From Longimicrobiales bacterium (GTDB taxonomy: Bacteria > Gemmatimonadota > Gemmatimonadetes > Longimicrobiales > Gaopeijiaceae), in contig CAXXKM010000001.1 in the NCBI GenBank assembly GCA_963664435.2, positions 544,001 to 608,000 on the forward strand: DNA of 64,000 nucleotides. Reading direction: 5' to 3'. Positions 9,755 to 18,582 of the stretch are shown piece by piece. Each line of letters starts with the position of its first letter. The first letter of the stretch is position 1. The position numbers and the translations under genes are program-made. The notes beneath the pieces are model-generated. The model saw only the letters and a list, made by a program, of their open reading frames with translations, made no database searches and had not been told where the DNA came from.

Positions 9755-9979
9755 TCAGCCGGCGTCGATACGAGCGGCCAGGCCGCGGAGAGATCCGACG
9801 CCCATCCACTCCTCGGGGGGAATCTCGACCTCGAATTCCCTGGCCACCAGCTTCACGAAGGCGACGCAGTCAAGAGAAGACACACCGGCTTCGCCGAACG
9901 CCAAGTCAAAGTCCGGTTCGTGGTCCAGATCCAGGTGCTCGTCGATAAGTGCGCGGAGGCGTGCTTCGGTGGTAGACAT
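9755..9979 (-). CDS. Stand-alone acyl carrier protein (74 aa)
   Basis: Small acidic protein with FGEAGVSSLDCV (Ppant Ser) and EFEVEIP, ACP helix pattern; next to the PKS. Confidence 0.85.
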   Translation of the reverse strand: MSTTEARLRALIDEHLDLDHEPDFDLAFGEAGVSSLDCVAFVKLVAREFEVEIPPEEWMGVGSLRGLAARIDAG

Positions 9980-10030
9980 TCTGTGTCGGATCCTCGGGTT
10001 GTAAATAGTCGTTGAAGACGCTGTCGGTCG

Positions 10031-10059
10031 ATTCTTTAACTCAGCCGCGGCCATGTCAA
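10031..10059 (-). promoter_or_regulatory. Putative sigma70 promoter for the ACP-hydrolase unit
   Basis: Minus strand TTGACA-N17-AAGAAT, about 50 bp upstream of the ACP start, in an AT-richer patch. Confidence 0.4.
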
Positions 10060-10093
10060 GCCGCGGGCTCACTCCCGCAGCAGGGGCGTTCCG

Positions 10094-11974
10094 TCAGAAC
10101 CCGGCTTCGATTCGCCAGAAATGAACCCGGTAGTCGAAAACGGTAAAGGCGATGCGATCCCCGGCCGGCGAATAGGCGGGCTGGGTCTTGTGGGAGGGGT
10201 CGAAGGTCAACTGCTCCGCCGCCCCTCCGCTCGCCGGCACCCGGAAGATCTGGAAGAACCCGTCGCCGGCGCGGTCGACGTAGGCCACCCAGCGCCCGTC
10301 GGCCGAGACGCCGATTCCCGAATGGATCTGGTCCGAGCCGTAGTTGTGCAGGCGCTCCGGCGTCCCGCCCGTGCGAGGAACGCGCCAGAGGCTCTTGCGT
10401 CCGACCGCCTCCGCCGCCTCGAAGATGACCGTCTCGCCCGCGTCGGCCCACTCTCCCTGGATCACGTCCTGCTCGAAGCCCACGAGCTCGATGCGCGCCT
10501 GCGGCTCCGTCACCTGCCCGGTCTCCTGGTCGATGCCGATGACGAACAGGTGCGCCCGCCGCGCCCCGGCGTCGTCCATGCGATAGCTGGGGAAGAGGAT
10601 CCAGCGCCCGTCCGCCGACCAGCGCGCCCACCCCGTCTCGTGGCCGTCCTCGCTGATCATGCGCGCCTCGCCGCTCCCGTCGGCGGCCATGAGCCAGATG
10701 TCGTCCGACTCCTCGTGGGTATGGAAGGCGATCCAGCGCCCGTTGGGCGAGGTGTGCATCCCCTGGTCCTCCGAGTAGGACTGGCGGACCACGCGTTCCG
10801 GGGCGTCGTGCGGCTCGCTCGCACCAGCTCCCACGATGCCGATGTGCTGCGCGATGTCGGGGTAGTGGAAGTCGTCGGTGACATGGCGCCAACTGCCGAA
10901 GGTGAACGCGACCTCGGATCCGTCCCAGCTCCAGGTGGGCGTCTCGGACTGGAAGGTGGTGAGCGGGGTGGACGGCCCGCCCGTGGCCGGCGTGGTTGCC
11001 ACGAAGACGCGGTAGTCCTGCGACTTGAAGAGAACGCGCCCATCGGCGCCCGCGGTGGGGGCGTAGGCGTCGCGCGCGAATCCGGTCAGGCGGGTGGGCG
11101 CCCCGCCCGCGGCCGGGCGCGCCCAGAGGTCCAGAAACCCGCCCTCTCCCGGCGCCGCGTAATAGACCTGGTCCCCGGCGGTCGAGAAGGCGAGCGGCCC
11201 GTACACCTCCTGATCCGTGAAGAGCGGCCCGGGCGCGTCGCAGGGGAGGTGCAGCCGCTGGTGGCCGTCCTCGAATGAGAGGCAGGCGAGCTGCCCGTCC
11301 GGCGACCATGCGGGGAACGAGAGCCGCGTTCCCGTGGCGGCCGGCCGCGGGTTGGCCCCCTCGGCGTCCAGCAGCCACACGATGGACTCACCGCCCCCCG
11401 ACGAGACACCCGCCACGGTGGCCCCGTCCGGCGACCACGCAAGCATGTCCAGCGCGAGCAGGTCGGGTGACGCGTTCCGGCCCGGCCACAGCGGCTCGCG
11501 GCCGCCGTCCATGCGGTCGTAGAGCCACCACTCCTGCCGGCTGCGGTCGAACACGCGCTCCCGCACCGCCACCCGCCGGCTGTCGGGCAGCCACGTAACG
11601 AAGCGCATCGACGACGCCCCCGATCCCAGGACGCGCGTGGCGCCGCCGGCCACCGGGACCAGGTGCAGTCGGTCTCGCTCGGTGTAGGCCAGCCAGCGGC
11701 CATCGGGCGACACCACGCCGAGCGGGTCCCGGTACGCCACCGGCCCGACCTGTTCGGCGGAGGCGACGTAGTGCAGGGGCGGGAGGCCCGCTTCGGCGCG
11801 GGGAGCCTCGGCGCACCCGCCGATCGCGAACACGAGAAGTCCGGCGGCGAGGACCCGGCTTGCGGGATGGACGCAACCGGGCGCGCCTGTTCGGTCATCC
11901 GGTCCACTGGTTACCACGACCGCCCGCCGGGCCGTGGCGCCGCGGCGGCGAACGGCCTTGGCCGGCCCCGTCAT
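10094..11974 (-). CDS. TolB/PD40-type beta-propeller protein, probable lipoprotein
   Basis: Repeated WSPDG/SPNG/YSPAG motifs; lipobox-like LLVFAIGGC; ATG overlaps the greA stop (true start may be downstream). Confidence 0.75.
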   Translation of the reverse strand: MTGPAKAVRRRGATARRAVVVTSGPDDRTGAPGCVHPASRVLAAGLLVFAIGGCAEAPRAEAGLPPLHYVASAEQVGPVAYRDPLGVVSPDGRWLAYTERDRLHLVPVAGGATRVLGSGASSMRFVTWLPDSRRVAVRERVFDRSRQEWWLYDRMDGGREPLWPGRNASPDLLALDMLAWSPDGATVAGVSSGGGESIVWLLDAEGANPRPAATGTRLSFPAWSPDGQLACLSFEDGHQRLHLPCDAPGPLFTDQEVYGPLAFSTAGDQVYYAAPGEGGFLDLWARPAAGGAPTRLTGFARDAYAPTAGADGRVLFKSQDYRVFVATTPATGGPSTPLTTFQSETPTWSWDGSEVAFTFGSWRHVTDDFHYPDIAQHIGIVGAGASEPHDAPERVVRQSYSEDQGMHTSPNGRWIAFHTHEESDDIWLMAADGSGEARMISEDGHETGWARWSADGRWILFPSYRMDDAGARRAHLFVIGIDQETGQVTEPQARIELVGFEQDVIQGEWADAGETVIFEAAEAVGRKSLWRVPRTGGTPERLHNYGSDQIHSGIGVSADGRWVAYVDRAGDGFFQIFRVPASGGAAEQLTFDPSHKTQPAYSPAGDRIAFTVFDYRVHFWRIEAGF

Positions 11975-12450
11975 GACATCCCCATCCGCTGAGGCAACGT
12001 CTCCAGCTCGACGATCTCGTACCGGCGTATGCCGCTCGGCAGCCTTACCTCGACCTCCTCGCCCTGGCGCGCGCCCATCAGACCCCGGCCGATGGCGGAC
12101 GCCATGGAGACATGGCCCGCCTCGATGTCGATGTAGTCACCGGCTGCGATCGTGTACGTTACCTGCATTCCCCGTACACGATCATGGACCGTAACCCGGG
12201 AGCCGAACCCCACCCTGTCCGGGGGCATCCCCTCGACGTCGATCTGCGACAGCGCGGAGACGCGCTGCCGCAGGTGGCCGATGCGGGCGTTCACGAACTG
12301 CTGCCGCTCCAGCGCCGACTTGTACTCCGAGTTCTCGCGCAGATCGCCCAGCTCGACGGCCTTACGGATGCGCTCGGGAAGCTCGAAGGCCAACTCGCGC
12401 GAGAGCGTTTCGATCTCGTCTTCCAACTTCTGTCTGATTTCGTTCAGCAT
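11971..12450 (-). CDS. greA: Transcription elongation factor GreA/GreB family
   Basis: GDLRENSEY, VGFGSRV and SMASAIGRGLMG motifs. Confidence 0.9.
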   Translation of the reverse strand: MLNEIRQKLEDEIETLSRELAFELPERIRKAVELGDLRENSEYKSALERQQFVNARIGHLRQRVSALSQIDVEGMPPDRVGFGSRVTVHDRVRGMQVTYTIAAGDYIDIEAGHVSMASAIGRGLMGARQGEEVEVRLPSGIRRYEIVELETLPQRMGMS

Positions 12451-12493
12451 CCAGGCTGCTCCGGACGACTCGGGAAGACGCGGCGACGCGGCG

Positions 12494-12991
12494 TCAGGCT
12501 CGCGGATCGGAGGTGGCCAGAACCACCTCGCGGCGTGCCCGCCGGTCCGCCTTCACCGCCTCTCGGACCTGGGAGTCCGCCACCCCCAGGATCTGCGCCG
12601 CCAGGATCGCGGCGTTCACCGCTCCCGCTTTCCCGATGGCGAGCGTCGCCACCGGCACGCCCCCCGGCATCTGGACCGTGGAGAGGAGCGAGTCCAGGCC
12701 GTCGAGAGCGGAACCCATGGGCACGCCAAGGACCGGGAGCGTGGTGCCCGACGCCACCACGCCCGCAAGGTGGGCCGCCCCTCCGGCTGCCGCGATGATG
12801 ACCGCCAGCCCCCTCGCTTCGGCAGTGCCGGAATACTCGTGCACCAGGTCCGGAGTGCGGTGCGCGGACATCACCCGGACTTCGTGAGGGACGCCGAGCG
12901 ACTCGAGGGTGTCGGCGGCGTGGGTCATGACGGGCCAATCGCTCTTCGAGCCCATGAGCACGCCTACTTTGGGACGACTGTTGGAATCCAT
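12494..12991 (-). CDS. purE: N5-CAIR mutase PurE
   Basis: [42 protein letters not shown]. Confidence 0.97.
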   Translation of the reverse strand: MDSNSRPKVGVLMGSKSDWPVMTHAADTLESLGVPHEVRVMSAHRTPDLVHEYSGTAEARGLAVIIAAAGGAAHLAGVVASGTTLPVLGVPMGSALDGLDSLLSTVQMPGGVPVATLAIGKAGAVNAAILAAQILGVADSQVREAVKADRRARREVVLATSDPRA

Positions 12992-13158
12992 GCGATTGCA
13001 ACCGGTGCGGGTCGGAGGAAGTGAGCGGCGAGAGCCCACGATGCAGAACCGCCGCCAAGGGGTCAAGGGTTGAATTGGCGCCGAAGCCGGAGTTACTGTC
13101 GATAGCTGCGTCCGCATCCATCCCGCACCGCGCCGTCAGATCAACAGGGGAAAACCGC

Positions 13159-13572
13159 ATGAACATCAGGGTCACGCTTCGCTGGCTGCAGATACTCGAC
13201 AAGCTCGAGCCCTGGTACAAGGCCAAGGGCCAGTTCGTCTTCTGGACCCGGGTCACCAGCGGAGGCAACACGGACGAACGCCGGTTCCCCGAAGAGGGTC
13301 ACTATCCCATCTCGGATCATCGCCGCTGGAACAGGCTCGACCACCTGAACAAGGTCATGTACGAGGGCGAGGCAGGCGATTCCCTGCTTATCGAAGTACG
13401 TGGCGTCGAGATGGACCTGTTCTCGAGCGACGATGAACTGGAACGCTACTCGCGCGAGTTCTCGGGCCCGGTCGACTCGTGGGTCGGCCGCCATCGGCCA
13501 GGAGATGAAGGGCCGCTCGATCCCGAGGCCATGACCAACTGGCGGGTCTGCTACGACGTGGAGGTCGTCTAG
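13159..13572 (+). CDS. Hypothetical protein (possible C2-like beta-sandwich)
   Basis: AGGGG RBS then ATG; normal GC3 codon bias; EVRGVEMDLFSSDDEL segment. Confidence 0.65.
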   Translation: MNIRVTLRWLQILDKLEPWYKAKGQFVFWTRVTSGGNTDERRFPEEGHYPISDHRRWNRLDHLNKVMYEGEAGDSLLIEVRGVEMDLFSSDDELERYSREFSGPVDSWVGRHRPGDEGPLDPEAMTNWRVCYDVEVV

Positions 13573-13627
13573 CTTCAGGCGCCCGACGGGCGTCAAGCCC
13601 CGATCAGGTTCTGAGCGGTGACTCGGC

Positions 13628-14908
13628 TCACTGGTCCGCCGGACGGACCAGATGATACCGCTTCTTTCCGCGCCGCAGCACCACGAACTCCCCCTCCACG
13701 GCTTGGTCCGCCGTGACGCGCGCGGAAACGTCCGCGACGCGGTGGTTGTTGACGTAGATGCCTCCTCCGCTGATGGCGCGCCGGGCATCGCTCTTCGATG
13801 CGGCCAGGCCGGCGCCGTGGAGCAGGTCCACGAGCGCAAGCCCCTCTCCCTGCAAGGCGCCGCGCGGGATGCGGCTGGAGGGCACGTCGGCGAAGATGTC
13901 CGAGATCTCGCCGGCGTCCAGCCCTTCGATTTCGCCGCCGAACAGCACCTCGCTCGCCTTGCGCGCCCGGCCCAGCCCGTCCTCCCCGTGGAGACGGCGG
14001 GTGACGTCGGCCGCCAGCGCCTTCTGGGCGAGGCGGCGATGCGGTTCGGCCGCCGTTGACGCCTCCAGTTCCTCGACCTCCTCCCGCGAGAACAGGGTGA
14101 AGAGGCGCAGGTAGGCTCCCGCGTCGGCATCCGGTGTGTTCATCCAGAACTGGTAGAACCGGTAGGGCGTGGTGCGGGCGGGGTCCAGCCAGACGGTGCC
14201 GCTCTCGGTCTTGCCGAACTTGGTGCCGGACGAGGTGGTCAGGAGCGGGAAGGTCACCCCGTACGCGCGGGCGCCGCGCACGCGGCGGATCAGCTCGGTG
14301 CCCGCGGTGATGTTGCCCCACTGGTCGCTTCCGCCCATCTGGACGGTGCATCCCAGCCGGTCGTAGAGCTCGAGAAAGTCGTAGGCCTGCAGCAGCACGT
14401 AGCTGAATTCGGTGAACGAGATGCTGGCCTGCGGATCCTGGACCCGCCTGCGGATCGAGTCCTTGCCGAGGAGGGCGTTGATGGAGAAGTGCTTGCCCAC
14501 GTCACGCAGGAAATCGACCATCCCGACCTTGCCCAGCCAGTCGAGGTTGTTGGCCATGCGCGCGGGATTGCTCTTCACCTCGAAGTCGAGGAAGTGCGCG
14601 AGCTGGGCATGGATGCCCGCGGCGTTGGCCTCGGCCTCTTCCCTTGACAGAAGTGCGCGCTCGGCGGCCTTCTCGGACGGATCGCCGATCAGGCCGGTGC
14701 CTCCGCCTACCAGCGCGACCGGGGTGTGTCCCGCGCGCTGCAGATGCACCAGCCCCATGATGGGCAGCAGGCTGCCGACGTGCAGGCTGGAGGCGGTCGG
14801 GTCGAAGCCGATGTAGGCGACCCGCGGCTCGGTGGCGAACGCCCGCGCGGCGCCGTCGGTGGCATCGTAGAACAGGCCGCGCCACTTGTATTCGTCGAGC
14901 AGGCTCAT
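13628..14908 (-). CDS. tyrS: Tyrosine--tRNA ligase
   Basis: YIGFDPTASSLHVGS (HIGH), QMGGSDQWGNI, KFGKT (KMSKS) and a C-terminal S4 domain. Confidence 0.97.
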   Translation of the reverse strand: MSLLDEYKWRGLFYDATDGAARAFATEPRVAYIGFDPTASSLHVGSLLPIMGLVHLQRAGHTPVALVGGGTGLIGDPSEKAAERALLSREEAEANAAGIHAQLAHFLDFEVKSNPARMANNLDWLGKVGMVDFLRDVGKHFSINALLGKDSIRRRVQDPQASISFTEFSYVLLQAYDFLELYDRLGCTVQMGGSDQWGNITAGTELIRRVRGARAYGVTFPLLTTSSGTKFGKTESGTVWLDPARTTPYRFYQFWMNTPDADAGAYLRLFTLFSREEVEELEASTAAEPHRRLAQKALAADVTRRLHGEDGLGRARKASEVLFGGEIEGLDAGEISDIFADVPSSRIPRGALQGEGLALVDLLHGAGLAASKSDARRAISGGGIYVNNHRVADVSARVTADQAVEGEFVVLRRGKKRYHLVRPADQ

Positions 14909-15113
14909 GGGTCGGGGCAATTGCCGGAAGGGCGCCGGGCTGCAGGTGAACGATGACGGACGGGTCGAGGACCGGCGGCGGGCGGGTCGGCCAAAGCTAC
15001 AGGGTTGGGTGGCGTTCTACCATGGTCATGGGGATGTCGCCTTTTCGCTCCGGCGAAATCGATGGGCGCCGGTTCGCGCGCGTCCGGCCGACAGACGCGT
15101 CGGCGCCGGAACT

Positions 15114-16634
15114 CTATTCGACGATGTCCTTCCGGGGACCGGCTCCGGACAGAAGGATTGCGAGGCGCGCACGATCGACCTTGCCGTTGGGGTTGCGCGG
15201 GAGCTCGGCGAGGACCACGAGGGCGCGCGGACGGGCCGCGGGGCCGAGCGCATCACGGCAGTGCCGGTGCAGGGCCTCCGCGTGGACTTCGCGGCCGGCG
15301 GCGGGCACGATCGCGGCCGCCACCCGTTCTCCCCATGCGGGATCGCGCAGCCCCGCCACCGCCGCCTCCGCCACGGCGGGATGCGCGGCGAGCACCTGTT
15401 CGACGTCGGCGGGGTCGACATTCACCCCCCCGCTCACGATGCGGTGCGCCTTGCGGCCGGTGACCCGCAGGTGGCCGTCGCGGTCGAAGCCACCCAGGTC
15501 ACCGGTGCGGTACCAGCCGCCCGGGCCGGTGATGGGACCACCCCGGTGATACGCGCGCGCCACCATGTCGCCGCGCACCTCGATCTCGCCGTCGGCGGCG
15601 ATGCGTACCTCGATGCCGTCGAGGGGGGGGCCGGCGGAGCCGGGGTTGGCGCGCACCAGCGCGGGCGGGGCGGTGGCCACCTGCGAGCAGGTCTCCGTCA
15701 TGCCGTAGGTGAGCGCCAGCGGCAGCCCGGCGGACAGCGCGCGTTCCAGCAAGGCCGACGGGGCGCCCGCCCCTCCCAACAGCACGCACCTCAGGGAGGC
15801 CGGGAGGGGCCGGGGGAGGCCGGCGTCGAGCAGCCGGTCGAGCATGGTGGGCACCAGCGAGACATGGCTGATGGCGCCCGTCCCGATCAGCTCGCCCAGT
15901 ACCTCCAGCCGCCACTCGCCGCGCACCACCACACGGCTGCCGGCTGCCAGCGCCCGGTCGACCAGCGCCATCCCGCCAATGTGGGCGAGCGAGAGCGAAG
16001 CGTACCAGGCGTCGTCGGGCCCCAGTGCCAGGCGGGCGCGCACGGCGCGCGCGCTGGCGGCGAAGTTTCGGCGGGTGAGCGCGACCGCGCGTGCTCTCCC
16101 CCCGGTGCCCGATGTGCGCAGGACGGCAACCACGTCGTCGGGCCCCGACCGGGGGAGAGGCCCCTCCGCGGGGGTCACCCGGCGGATGTCCGTCGCCGCG
16201 GCCGGCCCGCAACTGCGCGACCGGCCGTCCGGCGGGAAGCCTCGGTCCGCCAGCGCGAAGACCCGTGGCTCCGTTCCCCCCCCCAACGCGGCGACCACGC
16301 CACGCGCCAGCTCCAGATGAGCCGGTGCGCACAGCACGACCGCCGGGCGCGCGACCGCGAAAGCGTCCCTCATCTCGCGGCGCGCCAGCGCGGGGTTGAG
16401 CGGGGCCAGCGCCGCCCCCGTCCTGGGCGCCGCGTACATGGCCGTCACCGCCCCGGTCCCGGTCGGCGCGAGCATGCCGACCGCATCCTCCGGCTTGACT
16501 CCGAGCGCTACCAGACGCCGAGCCAGACGGTCGGCCGCCACGTCCAGGTCGCGGTAGCTCAGGCCTCCACCGCCATCGTCGAGCGCGATGCTGTCGGGAT
16601 GTGCCCGCGCGCCCCGTGCGACGGCATCGCTCAC
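15114..16634 (-). CDS. menE: O-succinylbenzoate-CoA ligase (AMP-binding)
   Basis: TSGTGG, TYGMTET, YRTGDLG and LPRNPNGK; GTG start overlaps the menA stop; men operon context. Confidence 0.85.
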   Translation of the reverse strand: MSDAVARGARAHPDSIALDDGGGGLSYRDLDVAADRLARRLVALGVKPEDAVGMLAPTGTGAVTAMYAAPRTGAALAPLNPALARREMRDAFAVARPAVVLCAPAHLELARGVVAALGGGTEPRVFALADRGFPPDGRSRSCGPAAATDIRRVTPAEGPLPRSGPDDVVAVLRTSGTGGRARAVALTRRNFAASARAVRARLALGPDDAWYASLSLAHIGGMALVDRALAAGSRVVVRGEWRLEVLGELIGTGAISHVSLVPTMLDRLLDAGLPRPLPASLRCVLLGGAGAPSALLERALSAGLPLALTYGMTETCSQVATAPPALVRANPGSAGPPLDGIEVRIAADGEIEVRGDMVARAYHRGGPITGPGGWYRTGDLGGFDRDGHLRVTGRKAHRIVSGGVNVDPADVEQVLAAHPAVAEAAVAGLRDPAWGERVAAAIVPAAGREVHAEALHRHCRDALGPAARPRALVVLAELPRNPNGKVDRARLAILLSGAGPRKDIVE

Positions 16635-17527
16635 CCCAGCGCGAACCCGAGCCCGAGCAGGACTCCGAACAGCCCCAGGAAGCGGGCGGTCCCGGCAAGG
16701 GCACGGTTGAGCGAAGCCGGCTCGCGGTAGGTCAGGACCAGGCGGAGCGTGCCCGCGACCGCCGGTAGCGCGCACAGGGCGAGCAGGACCTGGGGGCTCC
16801 AGCCGTGCAGCGCCATCCCCGCGAAAGGCACGGCCGCGGTCAACCCCAGCAGGGAGACGTACTGCGCCTTCGTCCACCCGCCGCCCATGCGCACAGCCAG
16901 GGTTCGCTTGCCGGCGCGCGCATCCGTCTCCATGTCGCGAAGGTTGTTCACCACCAGGATCGCGGTGCTGGCGGCCCCCAGTGCAATGCCCGCGGTCAGC
17001 GAGTCCGGGCGGAATTCCAGCAGCTGCACGTAGCAGGTACCCGCGACCGCGACCAGGCCGAAGAAGACGAACACGAACAGGTCGCCCAGCCCGTGGTATC
17101 CCAGCGGCCAGGGCCCCCCGGTGTACGCGATTCCCGAGGCGATGCAGGCCACGCCGACGGCCACCATCGGCCACCCCGCCACCAGCGCCAGGTAGACGCC
17201 CGGGCCCGTGGCGAGCGCGAACGCAAGCAAGGCTCCCCGCAGCACGGCCCTCCCTTCGATCAGCCCGGCCTGGGTGACGCGCACCGGACCCAGGCGCCCC
17301 TCGCTGTCCCCGCCTTTCCGGTAGTCGTAGTAGTCGTTGGCCAGGTTGGTGCCGACCTGGATCAGCATCGCCACGGCCAATGCGGCGAGCGCAGGTAGCA
17401 GCGCGAAGCCGCCATGCATGTGCGCCAGCCCGGTGCCGGCGGCGACCGGGGCGACGGCGGCCGTGAGGGTGCGGGGCCTGCACGCCATCACCCAGGTCCG
17501 CGTCCGCGAGATGCGCCCGCCGGTCAT
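16631..17527 (-). CDS. menA: 1,4-dihydroxy-2-naphthoate prenyltransferase
   Basis: RPRTL, NLANDYYDYRKGGD, NNLRDMETDARAGKRTL. Confidence 0.95.
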   Translation of the reverse strand: MTGGRISRTRTWVMACRPRTLTAAVAPVAAGTGLAHMHGGFALLPALAALAVAMLIQVGTNLANDYYDYRKGGDSEGRLGPVRVTQAGLIEGRAVLRGALLAFALATGPGVYLALVAGWPMVAVGVACIASGIAYTGGPWPLGYHGLGDLFVFVFFGLVAVAGTCYVQLLEFRPDSLTAGIALGAASTAILVVNNLRDMETDARAGKRTLAVRMGGGWTKAQYVSLLGLTAAVPFAGMALHGWSPQVLLALCALPAVAGTLRLVLTYREPASLNRALAGTARFLGLFGVLLGLGFALG

Positions 17528-17627
17528 GCCCCAGCCCGGCCGGGCCGATCCGAGCATCGCGACGCCCAGGCTTCGCCGCCGCCGTCCCCCGCCAGGGATC
17601 CCCGGGGCCCGGACCGGCGGCGCCTCC

Positions 17628-18464
17628 CTAGGGCAGCCACGGATACTTGCGGAAATCCGGTCTGCGCTTCTCAAGATAGGCGTTCCTGCCCTCCTGTCCC
17701 TGCTCCGTCATGTAGAACAGCAGCGTCGCGTTGCCGGCGAGTTCCTGGAGGCCGGTCTGCCCGTCCACATCGGCATTGAAGGCGGCCTTCAGGCAGCGGA
17801 TCGCCAGCGGGCTCTTGTCCAGGATCTCCTGCGCCCACTGCCAGCCTTCCATCTCCAGCTCCTCCACCGGCACGACCTTGTTTACCAGCCCCATCTCCAG
17901 CGCCTCGGCGGCGTTGTACTGGCGGCACAGGTACCAGATCTCGCGCGCTTTCTTCTGTCCGACGATGCGGGCCAGGTAGGAGGAGCCGTACCCCCCGTCG
18001 AAGCTGCCGACGATGGGCCCGGTCTGGCCGAAGACGGCGTTGTCGGCGGCGATGGTGAGGTCGCACACGACATGCAGTACATGGCCGCCGCCGATGGCGT
18101 ATCCGGCCACCAGGGCGATGACCGGCTTGGGCATGGTGCGCATGTAGCGCTGCAGTTCGAGCACGTTCAGCCGCGGTACGCCGTCTCCGCCCACGTACCC
18201 GGCGTCGCCGCGCACGCGCTGGTCACCCCCTGAAGAGAACGCGTACTTGCCGTCCTTCGCCGGGCCGTTGCCGGTGAAGAGCACGACACCGACGTCCATG
18301 TCCTCGCCCGCGTCCCGGAAGGCCTCCTGCAGCTCGAACAAGGTCTCCGGGCGGAAGGCGTTGCGCACTTCGGGACGGTTGAAGGCTATGCGCGCCACCC
18401 CGCCGCACTTGTGATAGGTGATGTCCCCGTATTCGCGGACCTGTTTCCAGTTCGGCTGTTTCAT
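17628..18464 (-). CDS. menB: 1,4-dihydroxy-2-naphthoyl-CoA synthase
   Basis: [36 protein letters not shown]. Confidence 0.97.
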   Translation of the reverse strand: MKQPNWKQVREYGDITYHKCGGVARIAFNRPEVRNAFRPETLFELQEAFRDAGEDMDVGVVLFTGNGPAKDGKYAFSSGGDQRVRGDAGYVGGDGVPRLNVLELQRYMRTMPKPVIALVAGYAIGGGHVLHVVCDLTIAADNAVFGQTGPIVGSFDGGYGSSYLARIVGQKKAREIWYLCRQYNAAEALEMGLVNKVVPVEELEMEGWQWAQEILDKSPLAIRCLKAAFNADVDGQTGLQELAGNATLLFYMTEQGQEGRNAYLEKRRPDFRKYPWLP

Positions 18465-18582
18465 TCACGACCTCCCGTGCTCTGCTCCATGCGCGATCTC
18501 CGGCGATCCCGGCAGCCCGGGTCGGGCATCTCTCCCGGCGATGCCCGCGGAATATGGCGGGCGGACGACGCAGCCGCGGCAC

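Noticed and set aside
10094..11974. True tolB of the Tol-Pal system
   Set aside because: No tolQRA or pal nearby and no evident TolB N-terminal domain; only generic propeller repeats.
14909..15113. T-box or leader peptide upstream of tyrS
   Set aside because: No T-box consensus is recognisable, and the short ORF MTMVERHPTL has no Tyr codons.
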